Below are positions 12,793 to 25,640 of a stretch of 64,000 nucleotides of DNA, piece by piece. Position 1 is the stretch's first letter, and each line of letters opens with the position of its first letter. A model generated the notes under the pieces. That model searched no databases. It was given only the letters and a program-made list of their open reading frames with translations, and was not told where the DNA came from. Made by a program: the position numbers and the translations under genes. This DNA is from Hypanus sabinus (taxonomy: Eukaryota): NCBI RefSeq assembly GCF_030144855.1, contig NC_082712.1, positions 12,276,001 to 12,340,000 on the forward strand, in the 5' to 3' direction.

Positions 12793-13359
12793 CAATAAAT
12801 ATACATAAAAGTTCAATTTGATAAGCAGTGCAAAGGTTTTGCTGTTGTCCGGGTGAGCCAAGGCCACGTGAGAAGCCAGTGAGATTGCATCCACTGTAGA
12901 CCTGTTGTGGTGACGGGCAAATTGTCATGGGCCCAGGCTCTTCCTGAGGCAGGAGTGGATTCCAGCCAAGACCAACCTCTCAAGGCATTTCATGGCAGTA
13001 GATGTGAGTGCCACTGGGTGATGGTCGTTAAGGCAGCTCACCCTGCTCTGCCTGGGCACCGACCGGTCTGATGTTACCCTTTTGAAGCAGGTGGGGCCTC
13101 TGACTGCAGCAGTGAAGGATTGAAGATATCCTTCATCTTTCCCAACAGTTGATTGACACAGGCTTTCAGCGATCTTCCAGATACACCAGCAGGGCCTGAC
13201 AACTACATGATCAGTAATGGATAGTCAGGACTGAGAACAGGCTGTGATCCATAGGAGGGTCCAGGCTGGGGGGTTTATATGTGCAATAATGGATACTCAG
13301 GAGTGGGCTACACGCTGTGGTTGGTGCTGTAGAGACCGGAGTGGAGGTTACGTCAGAAT

Positions 13360-13915
13360 CAGAATCAGATTTAATATAGAAACAGTAGAATAGACAACGA
13401 GATTGCATCACTGTCGTATGTCATGAAATTTGTTGTTTTGCGGCAGCAGTTCAAGGCAATGTATAATAATAAAATCTATAAATTGCATATAAAATAAGGA
13501 AAGGAAATAAACAAGTTGGGCAAAAAGAGTGGAAAAATACTGAGGAAGAGCTCATGGATTCATTGACAATTCAGAAATCTGATGGCGGAGGGGAAGAAGC
13601 TGTTCCTGAGTCGGTGACTGTGTGTCTTCAGACTCCTGTTCCTCCTCCCTGATGGTGGCAATGAGAAGAGGGCATGTCCTGGGTGCTGGGTCCGTAATGA
13701 TGGATGCCGCCTTTTTGAGGCGTTGCATTTTGAAGGTGTCCTGGGTGCTGGGGACACCAGTGCTCACGATGGAGCTGACTGAGTTTGTAACTTTCTGCTG
13801 GTCTTTCTGACCCTGAGCAGTGGCCCCACCAGACCAGACGGTGATGCAGCCAGTTAGAACGCTCCCCAGGTATCTCTGTAGAAATTTGCCAGTGTCTCTG
13901 GTGACAAACCAGTTC
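13360..13915 (-). mobile_element. Rex1/Babar-like LINE 3' fragment
   Basis: SVLTGCITVW...RLKKAASIITDP..HALFSLPPSGRR..RLRNSFFPSAIR, with a (tctgat) tail. Confidence 0.75.
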
Positions 13916-14569
13916 ACCTCAGACTCTTATTGAAATATAGAGCGTTACAGGCTGGGGTCGAGTCAGGGTTTCGGGGGTTTGTCATTGTCGTCTGTTCCCT
14001 GGGGCCGATGGCTTTTACAATCCTGCCACTTCATTTTCAGATGGGGAAGTGATTGGAGAATCGGGGGCACCGGTTACGGAGAGGAGAGCTCTTGGAATTA
14101 GCTCGGAGTGACGGAACAGTTGCAGCATTCAGGAGGACATTCAGCCCATTGAGTTCATACTGGCCCTGTGTAAGAACAACCCAGCCAGTCCCTCTCCCCT
14201 CACCACCAGATTCTGGCATCTTTCACCTTCCTTTCCAGTCCTGGTGAAGGATCCCAGGCCAAAATATTGACTGTTTATTCCCCTCCATAGAAGCTGCCTG
14301 AGCTGCTGAGATCCTCCAGCATTTTGTGTGTTACTCACGTTGTGGTCGATCGTGATGTCAGAAGTTCATTTTTATTACCTGATAATGGGAAACAGAATGG
14401 CTCCGTGAACCTCAGGCACCTGGTGAGCCAGGGAGGCAACAACCGGGATTTCTCAGTAGCAGATGACCATAGATTTACTGTATTTAACACGAGAACATAG
14501 AACACAGAGCAGTAGAGCACAGGCACAGGCCCTTCAGCCCACAATGTTGTGCTAAACCAATTAAATTAG

Positions 14570-15055
14570 TGACCTACTAAACTAACCCCTCTGCCTACAC
14601 AATGTCCATTTCAATGTCCAATGTCTGTTCATGTGCTGATCAAGATGTCTCTTAAAAGCCACTAATGTATCTGCCTGTAACACCTCCCCAGGCAGAGCAT
14701 TCCAGTCACCCGGCACTGTCTGTGTAAAACATTTACCCCTCACATCCCCTCTAAACCCCTTTCACCTTCAACGCAGGCCTTTGGTGTTAGACATTTCAAC
14801 CCTGGGAGGAAGATACTCTCTGTCTGCTCTCTCTGTGCCTCTCATAATCTTACAAACTCTATCAAATCTCCCCTCAGACTCCGTCGCTCCAGAGAAAACA
14901 TATAGCACATGCCCTCTAATCCAGGCATCATCCTGGTGAACCTCGTCTGTACCCTCTCCAAAGCCTCAACATACCTCCTACAGTGGGGTGACCAGAACTG
15001 TACACAATACTCCAGATGTGGCCTAGCTAGAGTTTTATAAGGCTGTAACAAAACT
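14570..15055 (-). mobile_element. CR1 3' fragment
   Basis: LYKTLARPHLEYCVQFWSP...RGDLIE. Confidence 0.8.
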
Positions 15056-15159
15056 TCATGACCTTAGCCTGGGTGGAGGAGGGGAAAGGACACTGAGAAT
15101 AAGAATCAAGAGGTTATAGTCATTGAGGGGGGATCTCTTTGCAACCTGATAGGTAACCT

Positions 15160-15333
15160 GAATATTTATAGGCCTAGATAGAGTGGATGTGGAGAGGATC
15201 TTTCCTATAATCAGTTTGAATATTTATAGGCCGAGATAGAGTGGATGTGGAGAGGATTGTTCCTATAGTCGGTTCGAATATTGATAGGCCTAGGTAGAAT
15301 GGATTTGGAGAACATCTTTCCTATAGTCATTTG
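15160..15333. repeat. 58-bp tandem triplication of CR1 3'-derived sequence
   Basis: gaatatttataggcc...ttcctata begins at 15160, 15218 and 15276. Confidence 0.85.
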
Positions 15334-15699
15334 GTGGAAGAACATCTCAGATTCCATCGGAGGGGGGGGGGGGGGGCCTCCATCCTGACAGCATCAGCAT
15401 CGATTTCTCCAAGTTGTGGTAATTTCTCCTCCCTTCTGCCTTCTCTCTGATACGCCCTCCTTTTCTCCTTACCTGCCTATCACCTCCCTCTGATTCCCCT
15501 TCTCCATCCTTTCCTCCCATGGTCTACTCTCCTATCCTATCAGATCCCTTCTTCTTCAGCACTTTACCTTTTCCACCTATCACCTCCTAGCTTCTTACTT
15601 CATTCCACTGCCCTACCCAGACACCCTCTCTCTCACCTGGTCTCTTCTCTCACCACCATCTTGTACTCCATCCCCTCCCCCCCACCTTTGAATATTGTC

Positions 15700-18600
15700 T
15701 TAGAACACAGAACATTGAAATTTACAGAACATTGCAGGTGCTTCGTAGCATAATGTTGTACCAACCATGGAAACCTGCTCTAAAAACGGCCTAGAATTTC
15801 CCCAGCGCATAGTCCTCTATTTTTCTAAGCTCCACGTACCTACCTAAGGGGCTCTTAAAAGACCCTATTGTACACTTTCATCACCGCCACTGACAGTGCA
15901 TTCCACGCACTCACCACTCTCTGTATGAAAAACTTACTCCTGACATCACCTCGGTACCTATTTCCAAGCACCTTCAAACTATTCCCCCTCATTTTAGCCA
16001 TTTCAGCCCTGGGAAAAAGCCTCTGGGTATCAACATGATCAATGCCCCTCGTCATCTTATACACCCCTATCAGGTCACCTCTCATCCTCCGTCACTCCAA
16101 GGAGAAAAGGCCAAGATCACTCAACCTATTCTCATAAGGTATGCTCCCCAATCCAGGCAACATCCTCGTAAATCTCCTCTTCACACTCTCTATAGTATCC
16201 ACATTCTTCCTGTAGTGAAGTGACCAGAACTAAGCACAGTACTCCAAGTAGGGTCTGACCAGGGTCTTATATCGTTGTAACATTACCTCATGGCTCTTGA
16301 ACTCAATCCGACAACTGATAAATGCCAACACACCATATACCTTCTTAACAACACTGTCAACCTGTGCAGCAGCTTTGAGTGTCCTATGAACACAGACCCA
16401 ATGATCTCTTTGATCCTCCACACTGCCAAGACTTACCATTAATACTATATTCTGCCATCATATTTGACCTAGCAAAATGAACCACTTCACACTTATCCAG
16501 GTTGAAGTCCATATGCCACTTCTCAGCCCAGTTCTGCATCCTATCAATTTCCCACTGTAGCCTCTGACAGCCCTCCACACTATCCAAAACACCTCCAATC
16601 TTTGTGTCATCAGCAAACTTTCTAACCCATCCTTCTACTTCTTCATCCAGGTCACTTAAAAATTACAAGGAGGACGGAAACCAGTACAGATCCTGGCGAA
16701 ACTCCACAGTCCACCGACCTCCATGCAGAACATGGACCATCTACGTCACCCTTTGCCTTCTGTGGTCAAGCCAATTCTGGATCCACAAATCAAGGTCTCC
16801 TTGGATCCCATGCCTCCTTACTTTCCGAAGGAGCCTTGCATGAGGAACCTTATGGAATGCCCAAATGAAATCCATATTCACTACATCAGCTGATTTACCT
16901 TCATCCATGTGTTTTGTTACATCCTCAGGGACTTCAACCAGGCTCGTAAGGCACGACCTGCCCTTGACAAAGCCATGCTGATTATCCCTAATCAGATGAT
17001 GTCTCTCCAAATACTCATAAATCCTGCCTTTCAGGATATTGTCCAGGAAATTGCCCACCACTGAAGTCAGACTCTCTGGTCCATACTTTCCTGGGTTATC
17101 TCTACTCCCTTTCTTGATCATGGGAACAACATTTGTAAACTTCCAATACTCTGGTACTTCTCCCATTCCTATCGATGATGCAACGATCATTGCAAGAGGC
17201 TCAGCAATCTCCTCCCTCACTTCCCACAGTAGCCTGGGGTATATCTCATCCAGTCCCAGTAAACTATCTAACTTTATGCTTTTCGAAAGGTCTGGCACAT
17301 TCTCTCTCCTTGCACACGTTTCCACCATCGCACCTAATGGGTCCTATTCTCAAACGGGTCATCCTCGTGCTCTTCACATACTTGTAGAATGTTTAGGGTT
17401 TTCCTTAATCCTGCTCACCAAGACCTTCTCATGGCCCCTTCTGGCTCTCCTAATTCCATTCTTAAGCTCCTTCCTAGCAACCTTGGAATTTTCTAGAGCT
17501 CTAACAGTACCTAGTTTCTTGAACCTTTCGTACGCTTTTCTTTTCTGCTTAACTAGATTTTCCACATCCTTTGTACACCATGGTTCTTCAACCCTACCAA
17601 CCTTTCCCTGCCTCAATGGAACATACCTATGCAGAACTCCATGCAAATCTTCCCTGAATATTTGACACATTTTGGCCGTGCATTTCATTGAGAACATCTC
17701 CTCCCAATTTATTCTCCTAAGTTCCTGTTTGTTACGTACCCATAATGGTTTAAATGAACCAGCAGCAATAGACCATGCCTGTAGTCTGGTTTTGATGTTG
17801 AAACCACTATCTTTATTAGTATCTACTTAACATAGCAGCGTAAACAAGAATAATCAAAAGTTAACAGTGTTATGAGTATCCATATGTGTAAATATAACTC
17901 CCAAACTACTGAGCTCGGGGGGCGGGGGGGCTCCAGGCTTAAAATCGTGAGATGGTGAGGTATGAAAGTTCAGTTCATCCTCAGATTAAATGATGTGAGA
18001 GAGAGAGATTTGTTATCCAAGGTGAATGTCGAGAGAGGGCATTTATGTCGTATTCCACAAGTTCCATGGTGGTAAAACAAGATAACAATTGCCATAGGAT
18101 TTATCCATTGTTATTCCAAATCCTTTTACAGATTATCACCAATAGTAGCTTATCACAAGGATAAGGGAACTACAAAGGGAACTACCACCCAGGCAAGGGT
18201 TAACACATAGGTAGATTCCACAAGATTGCCCCCATTCACACAACGTGACAGCCACTTATCAACGTGCTGGGTCAATGCACAACCCACCCTTGTGGGCACT
18301 CGGAAGTTCCAACCAGTGACCCCTTAGTCACTGGCTTCCTTCCCTTGTCCGACTCCAACTGCGACTGACTGTGTGTGAGTGAGTGTCCTTGCTTAAATCA
18401 AAACAAGCTGCAGAGTTGAATAGTTCCGCCCCTCTCTCTCTCTTAGTGAGAATCAAACAGGAGCTGAGAAAGCTGGTGGCTGACGTCACTCAGGCATTCT
18501 CTCTTAAAATGACAGTTCACGGCAAGATAGACCTAGGGGTTCATCACACTCCCTAACAGCATCATATTTCCCCCGACCCCAATTACGTGTTTTCCCAAAT

Positions 18601-19750
18601 TGTCCGCTCCTATCCCTCTCCAGAGCTATGGTGAAGAAGACAGAGTTGTGCTCATTACCTCCAAAATGTTCTCCCACAGAGAGATCTGACACATGACCAG
18701 GTTCATTTCCCAATACCAGATCGAGTACAGCCTCTCCTCTCGTTGGCTTATCTACATATTGTGTCAGAAAGCCTTCCTGAACACACCTAACAAACTCCAC
18801 CCCATTAAACCCCTCTCTCTAGGGAGATTCCAGTCAATAGTAGGACAGTTAAAATCACCAATCACAACAACCTTATTATTAGAATAATCTGTCTCCCTAT
18901 CTGCTCCTCGGTATCCATGTTACTATTGCAGGGTCTATAAAAACACCCAGTAGAGTTATTACCCCTTTCTGTTTGTGACCTCCACCCACACTAACTCCGT
19001 AGACCATCCCTCCATGACTTCCTCCTTTTCTGCAGCCATGACACTATCCCTAATTAGCAATGTCATGCCCCCAGCTCTTTTGCCTCCCTCTCTGTTCTTT
19101 TAGAAACCTCTGAAGCCGGGTATAATCAGCAGCCATTCCTATTCCTGAGGCATCCAAGTCTCTGTAATGACCACAACGTCAATGTATTGATCCACGCTCT
19201 AAGTTAATCGGTCTTGTTTATGATACTCCTTGCATGAAAATAGACACATCTCAAACCAAAAGGCTGAGTGCAACTTCGCTCTAACATCTACCCATGCCTC
19301 CTCACAAACTCACTACTGTCTCTACTTGTGCTCCAACCTCCCCATCTTCTGCCTTTTCACTTCGGTTCCCACACCACTGCAAATCTCGTTTAAACCCTCC
19401 CCAAAAGCCTTAGCAAACTTCCCCGCAAGGATATTGGTCCCCCTCAGATTCAAGTGCAACCTGTCCTCTTTGTACAGGTCATACCTGCCCCAGAACAGGT
19501 CCCAAGGATCCAAAAATCCTTCAGCCACACATTGATCCTCCATCTCATTCTATTCCTATACTCACTGTCATGTGGCACAGGCAGCAATCCCGAGATTACT
19601 ATCTTCGAGGTCCTGCTTCCCAGCTGCCTTCCGATCTCCCTCTATTCTGTCTTTAGGACCTCCACCCTTTTTCTGCCTTTGTCGTTGGTACCAATATGTA
19701 CCACGACCTCTGGCTGCTCACCCTCCCATTTCAGGATATTGTGGACTGCC
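15700..19750 (-). mobile_element. Long degraded CR1 (esterase ORF1 end, endonuclease, RT, 3' end) interrupted by a solo LTR
   Basis: WDLFWGRYDLYKEDRLHLN (ORF1), CVQEGFLTQYVDKPTRGEAVLDLVLGNEP, NQHGFVKGRSCLT, RPYLEYC. Confidence 0.88.
17730..18548 (-). mobile_element. Solo LTR (TG...CA, ~820 bp), Gypsy-like, inserted in CR1
   Basis: On the minus strand it begins TGTGATGAACCCC and ends GGGTACGTAACA, with AATAAA near the 3' end. CR1 sequence resumes on both sides, and the 3' end resembles the LTR at 28219-28785. The TSD is degenerate. Confidence 0.7.
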
Positions 19751-22069
19751 CCCGTCCTTTCCAGCCCAAATCGATGACAGTACATTCCTCTCAGTAGTTG
19801 ATGCCTGATCTGCTGAATTCCTCCAGCATTTCCTGTGTGTTACTCCACAGGGCACAGCTTCAGCTTAGAGGGACGTACCTTTAGAATGGAGATGAGGAGG
19901 GATGTCTTTAGCCAGAAGGCATTGAATCTGTGGAATTTATTGCCACAGAAGTTTGTGGAGGCTGTCATTGGGTGTACTTAATGCAGAGGTTGATAGGTTT
20001 TTGACTTCTAAAGGCATCAAAGGTTATATGGAGAAGGCAGGAAAATGGGGTGAAGAAGGATAATAAATCCTAAAATTGCGAGTTGCTACAGTGGTTACAG
20101 TGTACAGTGGTTACAGTTATGCTGTTACAGAACCAGCAACCTGGGTTCAATTCCCACAGTTGCCTGTATGGAATTTGATGAAAGGTCTTGTCTCAAAACC
20201 TCAACAATTTATTCCCCTCCATAGATTCTGCCTGACCTGCTGTTTCTCCAGCATTTTATGTGGCTCTGAATTTCCAGCATCTGCCAAATCTTTTCTGTTT
20301 GTACTTTTGCATGGAGCCAGCCTGAGGTCAATGGGCAGAATGGCCTTTTAAAAGGGCTACAACCAGTGCTCAATGCCATCAAGCAGTAAAACCTCTTGCT
20401 TCAATGCACTTCAGTGGAACCTGTGACAGTTTTGCAAACAGCAATCCAATAGAGCACTCGATCAAAATGTCCATTATTGTCAGGTAGATTATTGAACTTG
20501 TAAAGCTTCTGGCAAGCAATAAACAAAAGCTGGAAATCTCGAGCAACAAACACAAAATTCTGGAGGAACTCGGCAAATCAGGCAGCACCTATGGAGAGGA
20601 ATAAACTGTCAACATTTCAAGCTGAGATCCTAATGCAGTTCTTGCATCCTTTACAGATAGGGTAAATGCAAGCAGACTTTTTCCACTGAGGATGGGTGGG
20701 ACTACAAACAGAGGTCACGGGTAGAGGGTGTAAGGTGAAAATTTTAAGAGGAACTCAGAAGGTGGTGAGACTGGAATGACTCTATCAACAACACGGCTTC
20801 ATTGAGAGGTTGAGATGGGGGTCAAACTATGACCATGTCCAACAAGACAGAGTTACTTACATACCCAGAGCAGAACTGGCTAATATGAGAGGGTCTAATT
20901 TTAAGGTGACTGGTGAAAGTATAATGAGTAAGTTTTCGACAGAGAGTGGTGGGTGTGTGGAACATCCTGGTGGTCGTAGAGGCTGAGACATTAGGGACAC
21001 TTAGATAGACACACTGATGGAAGAGAAATGGAGGGTTATGTGGGAGGGAAGGGTTAGATTGATCTTGGGGCAGGGTAAAAGATTGGAGCAACATTGAGAG
21101 CTGAAGGGACTGTACTGTGCTGGACCGTCCAGTGTTCTCTGCGTCCTTTTGGTATTCAATAGATGGCCACAAGTGTGAAGCAGAAAAAAAACCATTGTTA
21201 CTCTGGATCCAATGAGGCACAAAAATACAATAAAATAAAGAGCCAATAATAATAACACAATAAATATAAATACTGTACATATGATAGTTTCTATACATAG
21301 ATTGATATATAGATTGACAGATAGACTTTATGTCCATAAAGTGACTCCAGGCTCAGGAGTGTCTGTACTTCAGGTGACTGACAGGAAATGATAAAGTTGT
21401 TGTTCATATGGAACTTTATGTATATACAATCAATCCACATAAATAAGCTGTCTAATGTACTAATACTTATTGTGTTCTTTAGTATTATAAATTATTATGT
21501 TATTCTTATTCAACTTCAATATAATATCCCAACTCTGTACTCAATATGTCTTCACCAACATCTTGTACAACTACAACATCACACAACCCAGGACAACAGT
21601 GACCACTTGAGCACCCAGTCAGTACTCCCTCCTTCCACCGCCAGCGCACAGTGGCCGCGGTGTGCGCCGTCTACAACACGCAACGCAGTTACTCGCCCTG
21701 CTATTCCAGCAGCCACCACCTCTCCACATCAGGGTATCGGGTGGATGTGAACACCACCACCCGCAGGCTCCCCTCCCAAGTATATTAATTTACTGAGACA
21801 CAATACAGAATAGGCCCCCTCCGGCCTTTTGAGCCGTGATGCCCAACAACCCGAGCCTAATCACGGGACAATTCACAATGATCAGTTAACCCACCAACCA
21901 GTAGATTGTGGGAGAAAACCAGAGCACCTGGAGGAAACCCATGAGGTCACAGTGAGTTCAGAGTTCAGAGTTCAATGTATATATAGATTATACAACCTTG
22001 TGATTTCTCTCCTTACAGGCAGCCACAGAACAAAGAAACCCAAAAGAACCCATCATTACTACAGTCCTG

Positions 22070-23165
22070 ATTGATTAGTTACCGAAGCTGGGCCTCAGTA
22101 CTTCTCTCTTCAACTGGATCCTCGAATTCCTAACCGGAATGTCACAATCTGTGCAGATTGCTAATAACATCTCCATCTCACTGACAATCAACACTGGTGC
22201 ACCTCAAGGATGTGTTTTTAGCCACTGTTCTAGTCTCTCTACACCCATGACTGTATGTCTAGGCATAGCTCAAACACCATCTATAAATTTGCCGACAATA
22301 CAATCATTGTTGGTAGATTCTCAGGTAGTGATGAGAGGGCGTACAGGAGTGAGATATGCCGATTAGTGGAGTGGTGTCGCACCAACAACCTTGCACTCAA
22401 CGTCAGTAAGACCAAAGAGCTGACCGTGGACTTCAGAAGGGTAAGACGAGGGAACACAAACCAATCCTCATCAAGGGATCAGAAGTGGAGAGAGTGAGCA
22501 GTTTCAAATTCCAGGGTGTTTCAAAACATCGGAGGACCGAACCTGGTCCCAACATGTCGATGTGATTACAAAGAAGGTACGACAGCGGTTATATTTCACC
22601 AGGAGTTTGAGGAGATTTGGTATGTCACGTAAAAGGCTCGCCCATCTCTACAGACGTACGGTGGGGAGCATTCTGACTGGCTGCATCACCGCCTGGAATG
22701 GGGGGGTGGGGGGCTACAGCATAAGATGGAAGGAATCTGCAGAGAGCTGTAAAATTACTCGGCGCCATCGTGGGCTCGAGCCTCCGTAGTTTCCAACACA
22801 TCTTCGAGGAGTGGTGCCTCAGAAAGGCAGCATCCATCATTAAGGACCCCCATCACCCAGGACATGCCCTGTTCTCATTGCTACCACCAGGCAGGAGGAA
22901 CAGGAGCCTGAAGACACACACTCAGCGATTCCGGAACAGCTTCTTCCCTCTGCCATCCGATTTCTGAATGAACAATGAACCCTGAAAACTACCTCATTAC
23001 TTTTTTATTTCTGTTTTGGTGCTATTATTTAACTACTTTATACACATATATACACTTACTGTGATTCAGTTTTTCTCTGTTATTAGGTATTGCATCGTTC
23101 TGCCGCCACAAAGTCAACAAGTTTCACAACATATGTCGGTGATAGTAAGCTTGATTCTGATTCTG
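22070..23165 (+). mobile_element. Rex1/Babar-like LINE RT 3' half
   Basis: [31 protein letters not shown]; ends in ttgattctgattctga. Confidence 0.82.
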
Positions 23166-23584
23166 AAGGCCGTCGAACAGCCAATGTGCAAAGGGGAAAG
23201 ATCGTGAAAACAATAAAAATAAGCAAATAGCATTGAGAACTGAAGAACGTACAGAGAGCGGCGAGAATTGAACCTGGGTCACAGGGAACGTAAAGCATCA
23301 CGCTAACCACCACACTACAGCTTCGCTCCAAATTCATCACCACCCAGGCTTGGAATTGTGCCCGGCCTTTAACTGGGATCAAACTTGGACGTCTCTTCCC
23401 AATAGTACTGGGGTTCATTGTCACCAGAAGGCAGTCCACCCCAGCACTCAGGGAAGGACAGGGTCCCAACGCCAACCCTCCACTGGCAGAACCAACGTCC
23501 AAATAGATCGCGCTGCACCACAAAGTAAAACGAGCCTTTAGGAGAGAGACAACGGGGAGACAGGGGACAATGGAAAACACCTAC

Positions 23585-23645
23585 TGTATCCCCGGACTGA
23601 GACGGACAACAGGACGGTGCAGAGACAAACCCGGAGAGAGAGCAT
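23585..23645 (-). CDS. Signal-peptide (leader) exon of the Siglec-15-like gene
   Basis: ATG at 23645; encodes MLSLRVCLCTVLLSVSVRGY plus 1 nt. Donor A|GTAGGT at 23584 is phase 1, matching the V exon at 11469 (junction codon A+AC = Asn). It lies in a non-repeat island and is not in the ORF track. Confidence 0.72.
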
Positions 23646-23733
23646 TTCCAGCGCTTCAGTGTGGAGTCCTCTCACACTTCAGTTCTTTCTTCATTCTCTC
23701 GCTGAAATACAGAAGCTGCTCGATTTGCTGCTT

Positions 23734-23742
23734 CACTTCCTC
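23734..23742 (-). promoter_or_regulatory. PU.1/ETS box GAGGAAGTG ~90 bp upstream of the leader ATG
   Basis: Plus-strand cacttcctc matches the PU-box consensus; its position is appropriate for a myeloid promoter. Confidence 0.45.
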
Positions 23743-23776
23743 AAAAAAACATTTTCAGGAACTGTCGAACTTAGTT

Positions 23777-23834
23777 AGAAGTCTTTGGCACCCCAGCTAT
23801 ATATAGGTGTCTAAGACTTTTGCACGGAACTGTA
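23777..23834. mobile_element. Tiny Tc1/mariner-like TIR hairpin remnant
   Basis: agtctttggcacc...ggtgtctaagacttttgcac...ctgta is an imperfect inverted repeat resembling Tc1 termini. Confidence 0.45.
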
Positions 23835-25204
23835 GAATTTCCAGAGAATTCTGCAGGAGGCTGGATAGAAAGTCATAGAACAGTACAGCACAGGAAAAAA
23901 CATTTCAGTCCACAAACTACTTAAATTCGTAATTAAATGTTTAACTAAACCAACTAACTGTTTCTGCTACACCAAGTCTATATCCCAAACCACAATTCAT
24001 GCATCAGTCCAAGAGTCTCTTAAACGCCTCTACGGAATCTGTCTCCCCCCGCCCCCCCAACCCCGGCAGTGCGTTCTGCACACCCACCGCTCTCTCTGTA
24101 AAGATAAATTTGTCCCCACACCCCCTTTGAAATTACCCCCTCCCAGCTGAATCACACACCCTCTGGTATCAGACATTCTTCAGCCAGACAGTCGTGATTC
24201 TGTGAAATTCATCGCCACAGATGACTGTGGGAAGCCAAGTCACTGCGTATATTTGAAATGGAGTCTGATAGTTTCTTCATTAGGAAGTGTATCAAAGGTT
24301 ACAGAGAGAGGGCAGGGACATGGGGTTGAAGGGGAAACTAAATCAGCCATAATGGAATGGTGGAACAGACTCGATGGACCGAATGGCCTAATTCTGCTCC
24401 TATATCTTGTGACCTTATGGTCCAATTCCAAGAGTGAACAGGGATAAGATACATGGATCTGGCAATTGCAATTAGTGGGTGGGGTCAAAGGGAAAGAGAC
24501 CATAAAGTACTGGATTGGAGGGGGAGAGAACTGACCAGGAGGAAGAGGTCCTGCAGGTAACTGGACACAGGCGGAGTTAGTGTCTGGGGTTTCACCGAAG
24601 GCAGTGTGACCATCATCACGGGGGCACAGAGACTGCAGATGCTGGAAACAAAACACACTGCAGGAACCCCGGATTCAACATTCAACATTCAAATTGTTTC
24701 AGATCATTTCCAGCAGACAAGTGTAAAGGAGAATGAAATAATTGTTACTCGGGGTTCGAAGCAACTCAAAAAAACACTGAGATAAAGAACACAATAATAC
24801 AAAAAGTACACAAAATAAGTATAAACACATAAGATAGTTTCTATGCACAGATCAATTGTGTGTCCTTAAAGTGACATGAGGCACAGGAGTGTGTGCACAT
24901 AAGGTGACTGTCAGGAAATGATGAAGTTGTGGTGGTGGGGGTGTGGAGAGGGGAGGGGTTGATCAGACTTGCTGCTTGGGCAAAGTAACTGTTTTTGAGT
25001 CTGGTGGTCCTGGTGTGGTGCTGATGGGAGTGGGACAAACAGACCATGAGCGAGGGGTGGGTGGGTGTGAGATCATTCATGGTGTTACCTGGCTCTTTAT
25101 TGGCACATTTCTGTGTATATATGAGTTTGATGCTGGGTAGGCTGCTGCCAGCAATGCATTAGGCAGTTTTGACTACTCGTTGTAAAGGGTTAATGTTGTT
25201 ATAG

Positions 25205-25640
25205 CTGAGGGTGGTAATACGGACAAGCTCCCACTACCTATTAAATGCTCCCAATGGCGTCTGCCTCAAAGAGCCCCTGACAGCCAAGTCCAGCTCCCGC
25301 CCTTCACGTGTGGCTCAGCTACTAAACCCAGAGGAACCATTTCTAATGACAGGAGAAGGGGCAAATGTGGGTTACAGACACTTTAAAACCAGTCGCTTAG
25401 GGCAGATGGCAGCTCATCTAGGAGAGGGAAAACTCTGATCTCAAATCCCCACCCCTTGTGACTGTATTCACTCATGAGGAAGGCCTCGGGAGTAAACCCC
25501 CAAGGTGAAATTCTGGAGCTGGAGTCCATCAGGCAGCCCTACGTTAAGTTCAACACTGACTGGCAACTCCTCGATGCAACTGGTGCCAAACTGTACCAGT
25601 CTCTGCCATTCCTTTGGGTTCATCAGATGCTTGGAGAGGG
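25205..25640 (+). mobile_element. RTE-like element 5'/SINE-like fragment; a related copy lies inverted at 27036-27438
   Basis: Shares blocks (gggagtaaaccc, aggcc, ggcaactcc, tggtgcca) with the reverse complement of 27036-27438. The family assignment is tentative. Confidence 0.45.

Noticed and set aside
20379-20520. MDILIECSIGLLFAKLSQ as an alternative leader
   Set aside because: The hydrophobic core is weak, the donor is poor and in phase 0, and a much better leader exists at 23585-23645.
21560-21780. CpG-rich island with an S/T/P-rich ORF (mucin-like stalk?)
   Set aside because: It is on the wrong strand for the gene, and another frame reads SFHRQRTVAAVCAVY, typical of a LINE ORF2 C-terminus.
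23330-23535. Apparent acceptor and WTLVLP...DPVLP* motif just downstream of the leader exon
   Set aside because: The implied intron would be only ~49 nt, and no downstream Ig motifs follow.
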